This document shows, one piece after another, positions 49,100 to 61,520 of a stretch of DNA of 64,000 nucleotides. Each line of letters begins with the position of its first letter. The stretch's first letter is position 1. Origin of the DNA: Podarcis melisellensis (taxonomy: Eukaryota); NCBI GenBank assembly GCA_964234715.1, contig OZ174275.1; one strand, written 5' to 3'. The notes under the pieces are model-generated. The model was not told the DNA's origin, did no database searches, and saw only the letters and a list, made by a program, of their open reading frames with translations. The translations under genes and the position numbers were made by a program.

Positions 49100-50196
49100 C
49101 CTGAGCTCTTTGAAGGAAGAGCATGGTATATGTGTAATTTGGAGGATGTTTAATCTGATGCAAGTTGCAAGCCTAAATGTAAAGAGGTTCAAACAAATCA
49201 GGTCTAAGCCAGCGGAGAACTAGAGTTGGAGCCACTTTAATTTGATTTTTAACTGGAAAAGGCAGTTTTCGAAAACTTTAATCTCTCCCTAAGTCTCCCT
49301 AAGCTTTTAGAATGGGGGGCAGATTATAATTTAACTGATTTACTGCAGAAGCAGATTCAGCCGGCATGCACACATCTGTGTTACCATTGACCATTAAGTG
49401 TCGCTGAGAAAAGGGTTCCCTGGGTTATCAGGGGGAAAGTGTACATGAGTGAATGTAACAGAATGAGGCAGAGGCAAGACAGGATAGGAGAGAACTGTGA
49501 AGGTAACTGAATTGGATGGAAAGAAAGGACTATTCTTCTCTCTTGGTGTGGTGTGAGTGAGTGAGAGCAGAAGGTCTCAGATTTTAACTAAGCCAAGCCT
49601 TGTATTCAAGCTCTGGCCTAGCAGCCAGAGGTGACACAGAACAGTACGCAGGTAGGTGCATGCAGTTCCATATGGCAGTAGGGGCAGAGGAGGAAGCCCC
49701 TTTTTCTGCAGAAATGCAGCCGGCTGAGGGAGGCTGGGCAGCGCTCTCTGCCAGCTCCTGGCAAGCTAGTAACATTTTTGGGAGACTCACAACTTTTGGG
49801 GGCATGTTCATAAGGCTCTTTTAAGGAACAGATCTCCTGGCGTAGGTTAGTTTAAAACCCAGCGAGCTTTTTTTTATCTCTCCAGCGAAACCTGCAATTT
49901 GCTTACCTCGATGCACCTAGAAATTACTCGACAGTTTGGATGCTGCAGAAATTGGCTCACTTGCTCATGACCTACATTTAAACTCTCTGTCTTTTAAAAA
50001 GTGTTTCATTGGACTGTTTTTTTGTGTGTGATTTCTTCCTGTGCTTTCCCTTTCCCTCCCCACTGTATATTTTCCTGGGAGGGACTATTCCTGTTGTCTT
50101 GTCTTCTGGGAGTGGGTGGGGTAGAGGCTAATGTATTAAGGGATCCTCAGTGATCCTGTTTCTTCTGATAATTTTTCTCTGCTTTGGTATTTTCAG

Positions 50197-50234
50197 ATTA
50201 TGGCTGTGAGATGGACGACGATGAAGGATACTAA
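50197..50234 (+). CDS. BRF1: BRF1 terminal coding exon (to TAA stop)
   Basis: tattttcag|AT TAT GGC TGT GAG ATG GAC GAC GAT GAA GGA TAC TAA gives (D)YGCEMDDDEGY*, matching the human C-terminus DYGCDGDEDDGY*. Phase 1 fits the previous exon. Confidence 0.95.
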
Positions 50235-50675
50235 TTGCCTCCTAATGGGATCGGTGAAGGAACTTAACCTGGCGATGTCAACAAACCCTCCAGACTTCCA
50301 TTGCTTGCTGGTCAGTTTCCATTGACCTGTAGCCTGGCACCGGGGTTTGGCTTTCGAATACTTGAAATGTTTCTGGATCATGTTATGAGAAAGGGATTCA
50401 GCGAAGCATCAGTTCCAGGGAACAAAGGAGAAGAGTCAAAATGGCTGGCACAACTCGGCGGCGCGGTGTTGGACCTGCCTTGCGGCTGCCCTTGGTTCAG
50501 CCATATCTCCGTAAAAACACATATATGACAAGGAGCAAATCATAATAGTGTGCAAAACCTCCAAGTGGAAAAGCTGTGGACATGCGCTGTTTACATTGGG
50601 GGTGATAAAAGCACATCTCCCCGCCCCTCTGTAGAAAAAGCTGACCTTGGCGTAGCGTCCGTGTTTCCATGCTGA

Positions 50676-50681
50676 AATAAA
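50676..50681 (+). terminator. Candidate BRF1 polyadenylation signal AATAAA
   Basis: First AATAAA I found after the stop, about 440 nt downstream. Alternatives at 53560 and 53758. No transcript evidence. Confidence 0.4.
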
Positions 50682-51967
50682 TAACATCAGAGCTGATATG
50701 CAAGCTGCCCAGGCAACTCCTCTTGGAAAGCAATCCCAAACACCTGGTCCCCCCCCCAAAAAAATATACATGCAGCGTTACCCTAAGGTTAGAGCACCAT
50801 TGGGCAGGTATCTCATAGAGGACAGCAGTGGTACCTTAAGAAGTTTAAAGAAGCAACAGGAGGGTTTGTCAAAGTTGGTTGCTGTACCCTGGTGTAGACC
50901 TCAGAGGTGCGGGAAACAGTTTGGACATCTCAGTAAGGGGAGTCTGTTCCTGCTCCAAGGAAATTAAACCAGGCCTTCACTCCCCGCTGCTGTAAGATAG
51001 GGATAGAGCAAGCGAGGGATTGGCAGGGGAGAAGAGCTCAAGGGGTAGACTTGACACCCCTGCTTCTGGCTGTAGGGCATCTCACAAGCTCCTATGCCTC
51101 TGTGATGCACTTAAAATTTAAGAGTATGGTGCTACTCACCACAATTGGGGGCGGGGTTGTGTTCACTTTTTGTCCTCCTGGCAGTCTTGGCACAACAGAC
51201 AGATTTGTCTCCAGTAAGTTTTACTTTGCTTTGTTTTAAGGTAAATAAGCTACTTCCCCCTCCCCCCTGTCCCTAATGTAATTTAATTTAATGTTATTTA
51301 ATGAGGACGATACAGGCTCAGCCATGCGAGAACCTTGACCAAGCTCTGCTCTCTCGGCTCTGTCCAGTAACCTGTCAGAACTTTAAACCTTGTGAACCTA
51401 AGGTTAAACCAGACCAATAGTTTCCCACCTCCTCATTTCAGGCCTTGCAGGATTGCGGCCTGAATTTTAACTGCTGTTGCGTTTGACTCCTTTGACTTTC
51501 CAGCAGCACGGCATATATTTGCTCGCCGGTAGCCAAAGGACGCATACCACAGGGGCGGTTCTCATCCCTGTTGCCTGGCAGGCAAGGAGGATGTGCCAAG
51601 TTGACTTTGTGGGAAATGGATTCCCTGCCCCATTGAGGCAAAAATACACCCAGTTCTCCATGTTGGCCTTGTCCATGCGAAAAGGTCAAGCTGCCTCTTT
51701 TCTATGGCCTTGCTTGCTTTTACCAGAGCTCCAGGCTGGAATATCCTAGTTAGAGGATGAGACCAAAAGCAATGCTTTCCTGAATTCAGAAGAGCTATTT
51801 CTCGCTCAGCTGGTATTTTTGAGATGTGCCACTTCGGACTGCAAGACTTACGTAGTGACCTACCTGGCCTCGCAAAAGATAAAAATCTCTCCATGCAGAC
51901 AACTTAGTATGCTGGAGAAAGTTTTCTATGTGGGCAGATATATTTTTGTATGGAGAAGTATTTAATT

Positions 51968-52107
51968 CAGGATTGGGGAACCTGGTGACTTCCAGATGTT
52001 GCTGGACTACAACTCCCATCATCCGTGTCCATTGGCCATGCTGGCTGGGACTGATGGGAGTTGGAGTCCAATAACTTCTGGAAGGCCCACAGGTCTGGCA
52101 CCCCTGG
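51968..52107. mobile_element. Palindromic hAT-type MITE
   Basis: ggactacaactcccatcatcc...gatgggagttggagtcc arms, CAGG..CCTG ends. Confidence 0.7.
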
Positions 52108-55100
52108 TTTAGTCGACGAGGCCCACCATCCCCCACTCTCAGCCTGCGATGTTCCAGCCCAGATGGATTGCCAGCAATTTGAGAACTAGACTCAAGTCAC
52201 TATGGTAGGACATGGCAGAAGGAAGTGACTCAGATCTCCTGGGACATCCTGCATTTAATTCTCTGACTGGGATTTATCTGGGCGTTTATTTGAATTACTA
52301 GGTGTGGATCTGGAAAATGGAGATTCTTGCTTCGATAGTACGTGGCCACTTCTGTTTTGGCAGAGATTGCTGTGGCAAGCTCCCTCCTAAAAAAAACAAA
52401 GAAACAAAAAACCCAAATAATTCTTTTTAGGGACCAAGTACTAGGCAGTGAGCTTGCCAGTATCTGACTATCTGCTTCTGTGTGGTTGGCTGGGTCCGTG
52501 CAGTTGCCCTGGCATTTGCAGTCTGCTTTTCACGTGGATAATCCAGGCAGCTTGGCATATCTCCTTGCCAGACTTGCCTCCTTGGGGCCAGGTTTGCATA
52601 GCTGGGCTCTGATTTTAGACTGCAACTCCCGTCAGTCCCAGCCAACAAGGTTGAGGAAGGGAGAGCTATGGAATCTGGCCAATCCGTATGAAATACCAAC
52701 TACAGAAATAGGAGAAGCAGTTTTGGGGGAGATGTTGAATCTTTATTCTCGGGCTTCTATTGGTCCTTTAGCAGTTTGATTTTGAATCCAATAGTATGTC
52801 TCTTGCTATTTCCCCCTCCTCCCTCCCCAGTGTGCTATTTCGGCTCACTGAGGGTTTTTTGCTTGGTTGGCTTTTTAAAGGGTTGGGATTCTGAGGGCCA
52901 AATTCAGTGTCATGATGGAGGTATGTGATCTTTAAATTCTTGCAGAGAGCACCCACACAGGAGGCACAGTTTGGATTGGGCCACAGCACTGGGAGAACTG
53001 AATTGAACCACCCCCAGGTGCTTCCTAATGAAACTCGCCCACCCAAGCTGCTGTTTGTCCTCTTAGGGAAAGCTCATGTACACTTGTAAAAGTTGTAGCT
53101 AAAGTGGGGGCAGGGAATAGAAACCCTCTCCTGGCACCACTGCCTCATTCTGCTGTACTCATTTGTCACTCGCCCCTCCCCAAATGGAATTGAATTAAAG
53201 CCAATAGGTGCTTCCCTCCCAGTGCAAATAGCAGCTTCAGAGAACCAGTTTTCAATGAGACCACGGCAGGGGAGGAAAGGGTTAAAATACCATACACTGC
53301 CTGCAGGAATCCCAGTAATTGTATTCACTCCCCAGCGACTGCTATTTTCATTTTGTTGAAAGGATGCACATCAGGTGCAAAGGCACATCTAACAACCCAT
53401 CCAGTTTGGCCCTGAGTTCCAGTTCCCATAAATGGGAAAGTTCGCAGGCCTGCCGAGGAGCATTTCAGAGGCCACCAGCTCTGCTGCGATCCTTTGCCTT
53501 CAGCTGCAGGAGGACTGAGGTGTGTGTTTTGTCTTGTGGCTGCAGAAAGGTGTCGTTTTAATAAACCTTGGAATGCATAAGGATTTTCAATCCTGCCTCG
53601 CACATTTCTAAGTCGTGTAATATTACACGCAGATTTCTTTTATTTCTCCTTCCTTTTTGGAGTGTTCATTCCTCCTCGGTGTAACTAAGCTCAGGGAATA
53701 CAAACGGATTAGCAGATGCCACCTTCTGTTTTCATAACTACTTAGGGAAAATGTTAAAATAAAGACGAGTACACAGTTCACCCTTGTCTGCTACTGTTAA
53801 CATATCGCAGTGACCTTGGGGGAGGCACTTGGCTGCGTTTCCCTGAAAATCATTTGGAGCTTGCCGTATTCTGCATTCAGATGATGACGAGAGCTCACAG
53901 GGTTTCGAGAATGGTTAGTTTTAGATTGCGAGGTGTGAATCCTGGCTCCCTCCCGCTCCTAGTGTAGTGCACATTTCCTAGGCAGAATCCTCAAACTGTG
54001 GCGTTGTGCTTTTTCTACCTTAAAGTCTTTCTAACCTTTTGTCACTTGGCCTCAGTTCACAGACTTGCCAACACTTGGGTGGGTGGAACAGGAACCCTAC
54101 ATGTTCCTGATTCTGCAGATCCAGTTTTTGCAGCCGCCGCCTCCTCTCTTTTGAGGACCTAGAAACCTCCATGTGATCAGATGCTTGTGCAGCCCTGCAT
54201 AGATGCTGTCTGCACAGTGGAGGAAAGGGGCTAAGCTTGCTCCTCTGCCAGGCAAATGTATAAATTGCATTTTAGAGAACAAATTGGGGCAGGCAAGCTT
54301 TGATGGTGGCGCGTGTGCACCGATTGCATCTCAATTGTATGTGCTGTTTCATGAGAACGACTCCCTTCACCACAGAAAGACTTTGGCGGGAGCTGTGTAG
54401 CATCGTCTTAAAAAGTGACCTCCGTATTAGTTCTCGCTGTGCTGTTTGCCTTCCCTCTGGATTGCGTGGGAGTTTATCGCCTCTTGCTGCTTTTATGTAT
54501 CACCCCTTGCATAGTCTCCCCGTCGCTTGTCGCTCTCGTCTTAACAAGGCCAACACATTTGGTGCGCGGCAGTGCCAGCGAATCGAAACAATCTGCAAGC
54601 ATCTTGAAGGGTCCTTCCAGCCCACATCACGAGCCACAGCCTGCCGTCTCTCCTCCTCACCCCCCAGACAAATTGTAATATCTGCTGTAAATATTTTTTT
54701 TAAGTCATCTTTTATTATGTGTTCTTGCCTTCCCTTTCAGGCTTTTTTGTTTTGTTTCTTAAGACTGCTTCTCTGTGACTTGGACAGCAGTGTACAAAAT
54801 ACCCAGTGTATATCCTTATTTTATGTCTACAAAGCAAAAGTGTTTTAAAACATTTAAGGGTCTGTGTACGTTTTCTTTGAAAGTGCGTTTTCCCCCCTTC
54901 CTGAACAATGCATAAACCGACACTCCCTTTCCACTCTCTCGACTTGGCACCCTGTGCGGGGGAACCGCCCGCACCATTCTAATCTGATGCTGATAACTTA
55001 GTAAATGAAACACAGAGACATTTCAGAACCATTGACATGTATCAAAGCAGGACGAGTGGTTGGGATCAATGGGACAGCTGGAACAAGGGGTTCAGAGGTT

Positions 55101-56091
55101 CAGTTTGGGGTCTGCTTCACAACCGATGTTGCCCCATGGCAGTCTTCCACATTACTGTTACATTGCTCCCTCTGTCCTTTTCTTACCCACATTTATCTGT
55201 TGGCAGGGGAGCTTTCATTTGGTTCCTGCTGTGGCAGTATTCCGGCACTTGGGAAGCATTGGAAATGTATATTTCCTGTGGACCCCGATGCATACGATGT
55301 TGCTGCTGTAGGAACCATGGGCCTCACAGACGCCCTGCTATGGGGCCTTGCTGTTGCTAATTGGGAGGAGAGGGGAGGCAGTGGGGGTTTGCCACAGGGT
55401 ATTAAGACTCTGCCATACTTATTCTGATGTTGGCAAGAGAGCAATGGAGCCCACTCTTCAAAGAGAGCTTCCTGAAAAAACAAACATTCTTGCTTCTGCT
55501 GTTGCCCTCTCTGCTCTGGCCACCCTCTTCCAGCACAGTTCTTAGAGGTGCATTACTTTCATAGGGAGAGGACCGAGGGCCAGCTAGAGACCTGGAAGGC
55601 AGCATTTGGCAGCAAGGCTGGTGTTCCTCATTCCTTATTTAGGCCAGCATTGCCTTTGCTGGGTGGTCTCTCCCCAGGATCTTGGGCAGAAATCTTTCCC
55701 AGTCTTCCTTGTTGGAGACACCAGGAGCCTTGTGTCCTCTTGCACGCAGAGCATGATACCTTCTGCAAGTGAGCAAATGCCCCTAATTCTGATCCTCTGA
55801 ACTACACCAGATTGCAGAAGACAATTGCCCGTGCTCATGGCTTAGGGCCAAGGCATCTTCCAGAGTTGTTTTATTTTTTTAATCATTTCCATGCCACTGC
55901 ACATATCCAAAGGAATCTCCAAGTGGCCTACAGCCTTCCTTAAATAATCAAATTATGTATTGCAAATGAGAATCGGATGCAGACACACTTAATGAACCAC
56001 ATTGAAAATGACATAATTTTAATAGGAAAACAACACATTCTGTGAAATGTTTTTTGAAAAATACAAAGTAAAAATTCCATATATAAATGAG

Positions 56092-56671
56092 TGTCAGGAG
56101 CGAGCCGGCAGTAAATCACACAGTGCAGGTTGGAGTTAACTCTCTATTAGCAAAAACCTGATCGACACAGGCCTAATGAGTACAGCAACTCATCTGGCCC
56201 CCATGAAGCAGTTGCTGAGACTGAGCCCCTGCTTTCCTACAGCTGCCTAAGTCTCCTCTCCAGGGGTCTTTCCAAGCAATTGGAGACTGTCTCTGTGCAC
56301 AACCAACCTCCCTATCCCTTTTAAGCCATTTCCGGTCCTGGGAGGCAAGGGGAGCAGGGGCCTTGTTGCAGCAGGAGGGGGAGACCCCTGTGACTTTCCC
56401 CCAGTCTGACTCATCTCTGCCTCTTGACCTCCCTCCTCCCACTCTCCTGCTTCAGCTGCTGCCTCTGATTCTGGGCTTCTCTCTGCCACAGACTCTCCCA
56501 GCTCACTAAGTCCTGTTACCCCTTCAGCTTCCAACCCCTTCAGCTTCTCTTCCCAGTCTTCTCCCTCTGACCACTCCTCATCGTCCCACAACCACTCCCC
56601 GGTCTCTGAGCCTTGGGGGCTCCCAAGCTGGTGCTTCCTGCTCTTCCTCTGTGTCCAATCAGGCCATGGCA
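56092..56671 (-). mobile_element. LTR-like element copy C
   Basis: TGTCA...TGGCA termini, homologous to 35939-36515. No clear TSD. Confidence 0.75.
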
Positions 56672-57737
56672 ACCACCATGCCGAGTGAGGGGTGGGAATC
56701 CATAGTAGCGTTAAACATCATTTACTAGCTGATTCCTGTACCTCCATCTAGCACATACTTGGGGAACACCCACACCATAGAACACCCACACATGGCTTTC
56801 CCCAAAGGATCCTGGGAACTGTCGCTTCCCCCTCAGAATTATAATTCCCAGGATTCCTTGGGGGAAGTCATGAGCTTTCAATGTGTCCACTACCATACAA
56901 AGAGCATCATATCTCCCCTCCTTCCTCGCCCCAAGAACCCAGCCCAGAAGAATAATGTTAAGGGCGAATGTGTGCATTGGAATTGCCCCACCTTTCATAA
57001 TGAACACTTGAGGCATGGAACATTAACCAAGGAGACTGGCACTGCACATTAAACCCTTTCTTTCCCACTCTGAAAACCTTGTGATAAGAGCTGAGCTGTG
57101 CAGTCAGTGGGCTTCATGAACAAAAGCAGAGATGCGTTTAGGAATTAGGAGATGTTCAAAGGGCCCCAGATCTGCCTCTTTAATTCGCGATGGGGAAGAA
57201 TATCACCGAGTTTCAAGGGAAGAAATAGCAGGTTGCTGCCATGCTGCCTGTCTCCGATGCAACGCCACTTACCTTTTTTGTGTGTTTCATGACGGAATGC
57301 AACATTAAAGCTTTAATAAAGCCGTTATTAGCTGGCAGATGGTTCTGAGTGTCTTTTTAAATGTAGCAATGAAGGAAACACCAGAGGCTTTTCAATCTAC
57401 ACTTCAGTACATTGTGAATTCTACATTCTAAAAGGATCCCCTCTGCACATTTTGCTTGTGTCACCAGGGTGCAATCCTTTAGCTTTCCCCCTCTCTTTTT
57501 AAACCATGGGATTATATCTGCAGAAATGGAACATGTAGCAACGAAGGAACCTCCCCTCTGCAAAAGCTCAATACTTACGCCATGATTTAAATGAAAACAG
57601 TGCTTATGTGGTTGTTGCAGGTTGGGGAGCGAGAGAACAGTGAATATATTGTGGATGTATTTCCAGTGCAATCGTGCACATGTTTAGTCAGAGGAAAGTC
57701 TCTTTCTGACCGTAGATCTTTTTTGGGGGGGGGGGGA

Positions 57738-58075
57738 GTGGGTGGTGCTGTGGTCTAAATCACAGAGCCTAGGGCTTGCTGATCGGAAAGTTGGTGGTTC
57801 GAATCCCTGCGATGGGGTGAGCTCCCATTTCTTGGTCCCTGCTCCTGCGAAACTTGCAGTTCAAAAGCACTTCGAAGTTCAAGTAGATAAATAGGCGGGA
57901 AGGTAAACGGCGTTTCCGTGCGCTGCTCTGGTTCACCAGAAGTGGCTTAGTCATGCTGGCCACATGACGCAGAAGCTGTACGCCGGCTCCCTCAGCCAAT
58001 AAAGTGAGATGAGTGCCGCAACCCCAGAGTCGGCCACGACTGGACCTAATGGTCAGGGGTACCTTTACCTTCACC
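57738..58075 (+). mobile_element. Sauria SINE
   Basis: B box GGTTCGAATCC and ACCTTT tail. Confidence 0.9.
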
Positions 58076-58429
58076 TAAACTGCTTTGAGGTTTCATCACA
58101 ATCAAGCGGTATATATCTATATTGCTAAATGAAAACATTTTGCATATGACTGGATTGAAGGGGCGCTGAAATTTCTGGGTACAAAATGTACGCCACAAAC
58201 CTTACAGATTTGAAAGTTGGATGCAGACCAAGTTTGTTTCACGTTGCTCCCATGGACTCTTAGCAAAAGAACCTAAGACGATCCCTGCTGAATGAGGTCA
58301 AGGGCCCATCTAGACCAACATCCTGCTCTCACCGTGGTCAACCAGATGTGGATGAGAAGCCCACAGGTTTGACATGTGCACAACAGCACTCTGTGCCATT
58401 CCCGTGTGCTATCTGCTGGATGTCATTGA

Positions 58430-58955
58430 GGTCCACCTCTTGCTTAGATTACTGCAACATGTTATACGTGGGGCTGACTGAAGACAGTTTGGAAACTTCA
58501 TCTGGTGCAGAATTCAGCGGCCAGGTTGCTCACTGGGGTAAGATGGCTTGAGCATATTACACCGATCCTGGTTCAACCGCACCGGCTTCCAGTGAGCTTC
58601 CAGGCACAAATCAAAGTGCTGGTTTTGACCCATAAAGCCTTCAATGTCTCAGGACCACAACACCTCAAGGACTGCCTCTCCCCATATTAACCTACCTGGA
58701 TCCTAAGATCTTATGAGGTCTGGAGGGTGGCAGCATGAGAACGGGCCTTTTCTGTGGTGGCCCCCCATTTGTGGAATGCTCTCCCCAAGGAGGTTCATCT
58801 GGCCCCTTCATTATACACCTTTAAGGCGCCAGGCAAAAATGTTCCTCTTCAGGTACTTGGCTGATTAGACAATCTATAGCCTTTTAACTGTGGGGTTATT
58901 GTTTTGTTTGTTATTATGGTATGTATTTTTGTATTGTAAAGCACCCTGTGATCCT
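58430..58955 (+). mobile_element. Older L2 fragment
   Basis: LDYCNMLYVGL and QNSAARLLTG...HITPILVQPHRLPV...IKVLVLTHKA. Confidence 0.85.
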
Positions 58956-59909
58956 CACGAGTAACCCACCACTGCATCCTCATATTTCTGGATCAGGCTC
59001 ATTGTCTTTCTTTTAACATGTTGTGCACTTTTCAAGCTGAGAGTTTCTCACTCCCCGGCCCCCTGCCATCCTTCCCCTCCCCGCGTTCCTGTTTTACATT
59101 TGTAATATGTCATGAATCTGAAATGTAGTCTGAACTGTTATCCTGCCTGCGAAATGTAATTTGATTCTTTCCCCCCTCTTAGTGTTTGATGAGAATCCTT
59201 TGTGTTTTCATGCTTTAATACAATCTGGCACATAATTACAAATGACTCACCGATAATCTCAGTCATGGAGCTCTCTGAAATTAGATGATAATTTAGCCTG
59301 GAATTCGTGTAGCAAGAACGAAGAGAAGACGATTTATAATTATTCCAATCAAGAGATTCTCTTTGCCCCCCCCCCCCTGCCACTTGTCCCCCACCCTTCT
59401 TCCACGGAGCTGCTCTGAAAATGGCTAGGGGCCAAAAGTCTTTAGACCTCTTTTGCCCCTCGCTGCCTCCCAGACAAACACGAATGATCGCTGTACGTTT
59501 TCATCAGTGTAGAAATGCCTGTAATTGCAGCTGACAAAGTGTATGTATGTGTGTGTTTTGTGTGTGCATGTAGAAATCTTCACCATCCCAGACCAGAGAC
59601 CAGACCATCCTTGATGGCACAAGAAACAAGGACAAGTTGGCCAAATTTAAGTCCATCCAAACTGTGAGACTTTCCAGCCATACTCTAAGGTGGTGGCCTT
59701 CAACCTTTGGTCTCCATATGATGTTGGACTACAACTTACATAAACCCCAGCCAGTTTAGCCCATGGTTAGGGATGATGGGAACTGTGGTCCAACCATATT
59801 CTGGGAACCCAAGCTTGAGGAACACAGCTCTAAGGAACCTTTCACACATTGCAAGGCAGCAAACCTGAGTCTTCCATAGATTCTTACCAGTTTTTAAGAT
59901 TCTGATCAA

Positions 59910-60058
59910 GGGCTGCTGGGATAGCTCAGCCAGTAAAGCACGAGACTCTTAATCTCAGGGTTGTGGGTTTGAGACCCATGTTGGGCAAAATATTCCTGGA
60001 TTGCATGGGGTTGGACTAGAAGGTTTTCATGGTCCCTTCCAACTCTACAAAATTGTAT
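59910..60058 (+). mobile_element. tRNA(Lys)-like head / CR1-tail SINE
   Basis: gatagctcagccagtaaagcacgagactcttaatctcagggttgtgggtttgagaccc followed by a CR1-type tail. Related copies near 10670, 25960 and 29440. Confidence 0.7.
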
Positions 60059-60079
60059 GATGTTAATGATATATAATTA

Positions 60080-60365
60080 TAGAATCATGGAATAGTAGGG
60101 TTGGATCCTACGAGGATCATCTAGTCCAGTGTCCCCCCTCCAAAAACATGTGTTTCCAGTTGTTTTTGGACTACAATTCCCATAACCCATGACCACTGGA
60201 TAGGGATGATGGGAGTTGTAGTCCCAAAACAGCTGTAGACCTAAGTTTGGGAAACACTGATCTAGTCCAACCCCCTGCAATGCAGGAATCTCAGCTAAAG
60301 CAACCACGGCAGATAGCCATCCAACCTCTGCTTAAAAACCTCCAAGGAAGGAAAGCCCACCACCT
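60080..60365 (-). mobile_element. CR1 3' fragment split by a hAT MITE
   Basis: Reverse complement of the CR1 3' UTR seen at 600-745. Confidence 0.8.
60127..60259. mobile_element. hAT-type MITE
   Basis: CAGTG...CACTG ends with perfect 8-bp TSD ATCTAGTC (60119-60126, 60260-60267). Confidence 0.85.
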
Positions 60366-60408
60366 GCAGCCTAAAGAGAGAGATTTAGGCTGAAATATCC
60401 TCTCTAGG

Positions 60409-60746
60409 AGGGACACGGGTGGCGCTGTGGGTTAAACCACAGAGCCTAGGACTTGCCGATCAGAAGATTGGCGGTTCGAATCCCCGTGACAGGGTGAGCT
60501 CCCGTTGCTCAGTCCCTGCTCCTGCCAACCTAGCAGTTCGAAAACACGTCAAAGTGCAAGTAGATAAATAGGTACCGCTCTGGCGTGAAGGTAAACGGCG
60601 TTTCCGTGCGCTGCTCTGGTTCGCCAGAAGCGGCTTAGTCATGCTGGCCACAAACGCCGGTTCCCTTGGCCTATAGAGTGAGATGAGCACACAACCCCAG
60701 AATTGGTCACGGCTGGACCTAACGGTCCCTTTACCCTTTACCTTTT
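60409..60746 (+). mobile_element. Sauria SINE
   Basis: Full length. 13-bp TSD TATCCTCTCTAGG. Confidence 0.92.
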
Positions 60747-61244
60747 TATCCTCTCTAGGGGACTGTCATGGCCTTCACAATACCCTTTACACTTTTGGGA
60801 TCCTTTGATGACAAAGCAGGGTCTCCCCCCACCCCTTGTGCAAGCATGAAAGCAAATTGTTTTTGCTATGCCCGGAGGGTTCGTGTGGCAAGCGAATGGT
60901 CTGTGGGACTCGGCTTGTCAGACCAATTCATCACGAATGCCGCTGTTCAAAGGAAGTCCATATCAGCTCTGCGGTCTTGTCTGGTGGAACAACAAGCAGA
61001 CGCAGCAGGTCAAAGTCAGGCTAGTTCTGCCAGTCCTTCGAGGACTCAAAAGGCTGCCGTTGAGATAACAAGGATCCGCTTGGCTGATGAGCCAGCCAAC
61101 TTCAGCCATTATCTTCAAAGTGAAGACAGGCAGGGAAGGAAACACTTCAATCCCTCGCAGCACAGAGAGGGTTGCTGTTCTGGTCCATGTTGAAATAATG
61201 CCATACGGAAGTTGAATCTGGTGTGCCTCCACTCAGTTCTGGCC

Positions 61245-61520
61245 GAAGAAGAAGAAGAAGAAGAAGAAGAAGAAGAAGAAGAAGAAGAGTAGTTTGGATT
61301 TGATATCCTGCCTTTCACTCCCCTTCAGGAGTCTCAAAGCGGCTAACATTCTCCTTTCCCTTCCTTCTCCACAACAAACACTCTGTGAGGTGAGTGGGGC
61401 TGAGAGACTTCAGAGAAGTGTGACTAGCCCAAGGTCACCCAGCAGCTGCATGTGGAGGAGCAGGGAAGCGAACCCAGTTCCCCAGATTATGAGACTACCG
61501 CTCTTAACCACTACACCACA
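61245..61520 (-). mobile_element. Squam3-like SINE with expanded (CTT)n tail
   Basis: Reverse complement of 17804-18054; (GAA)n at 61245-61287. Confidence 0.85.

Noticed and set aside
54300-54848. 182-aa ORF downstream of BRF1 as a gene or NUDT14 exon
   Set aside because: No recognisable homology or Nudix motif and no convincing splice structure.
59910-59985. tRNA-Lys gene
   Set aside because: Degenerate arms and B box, fused to a CR1-type tail: it is a SINE head.
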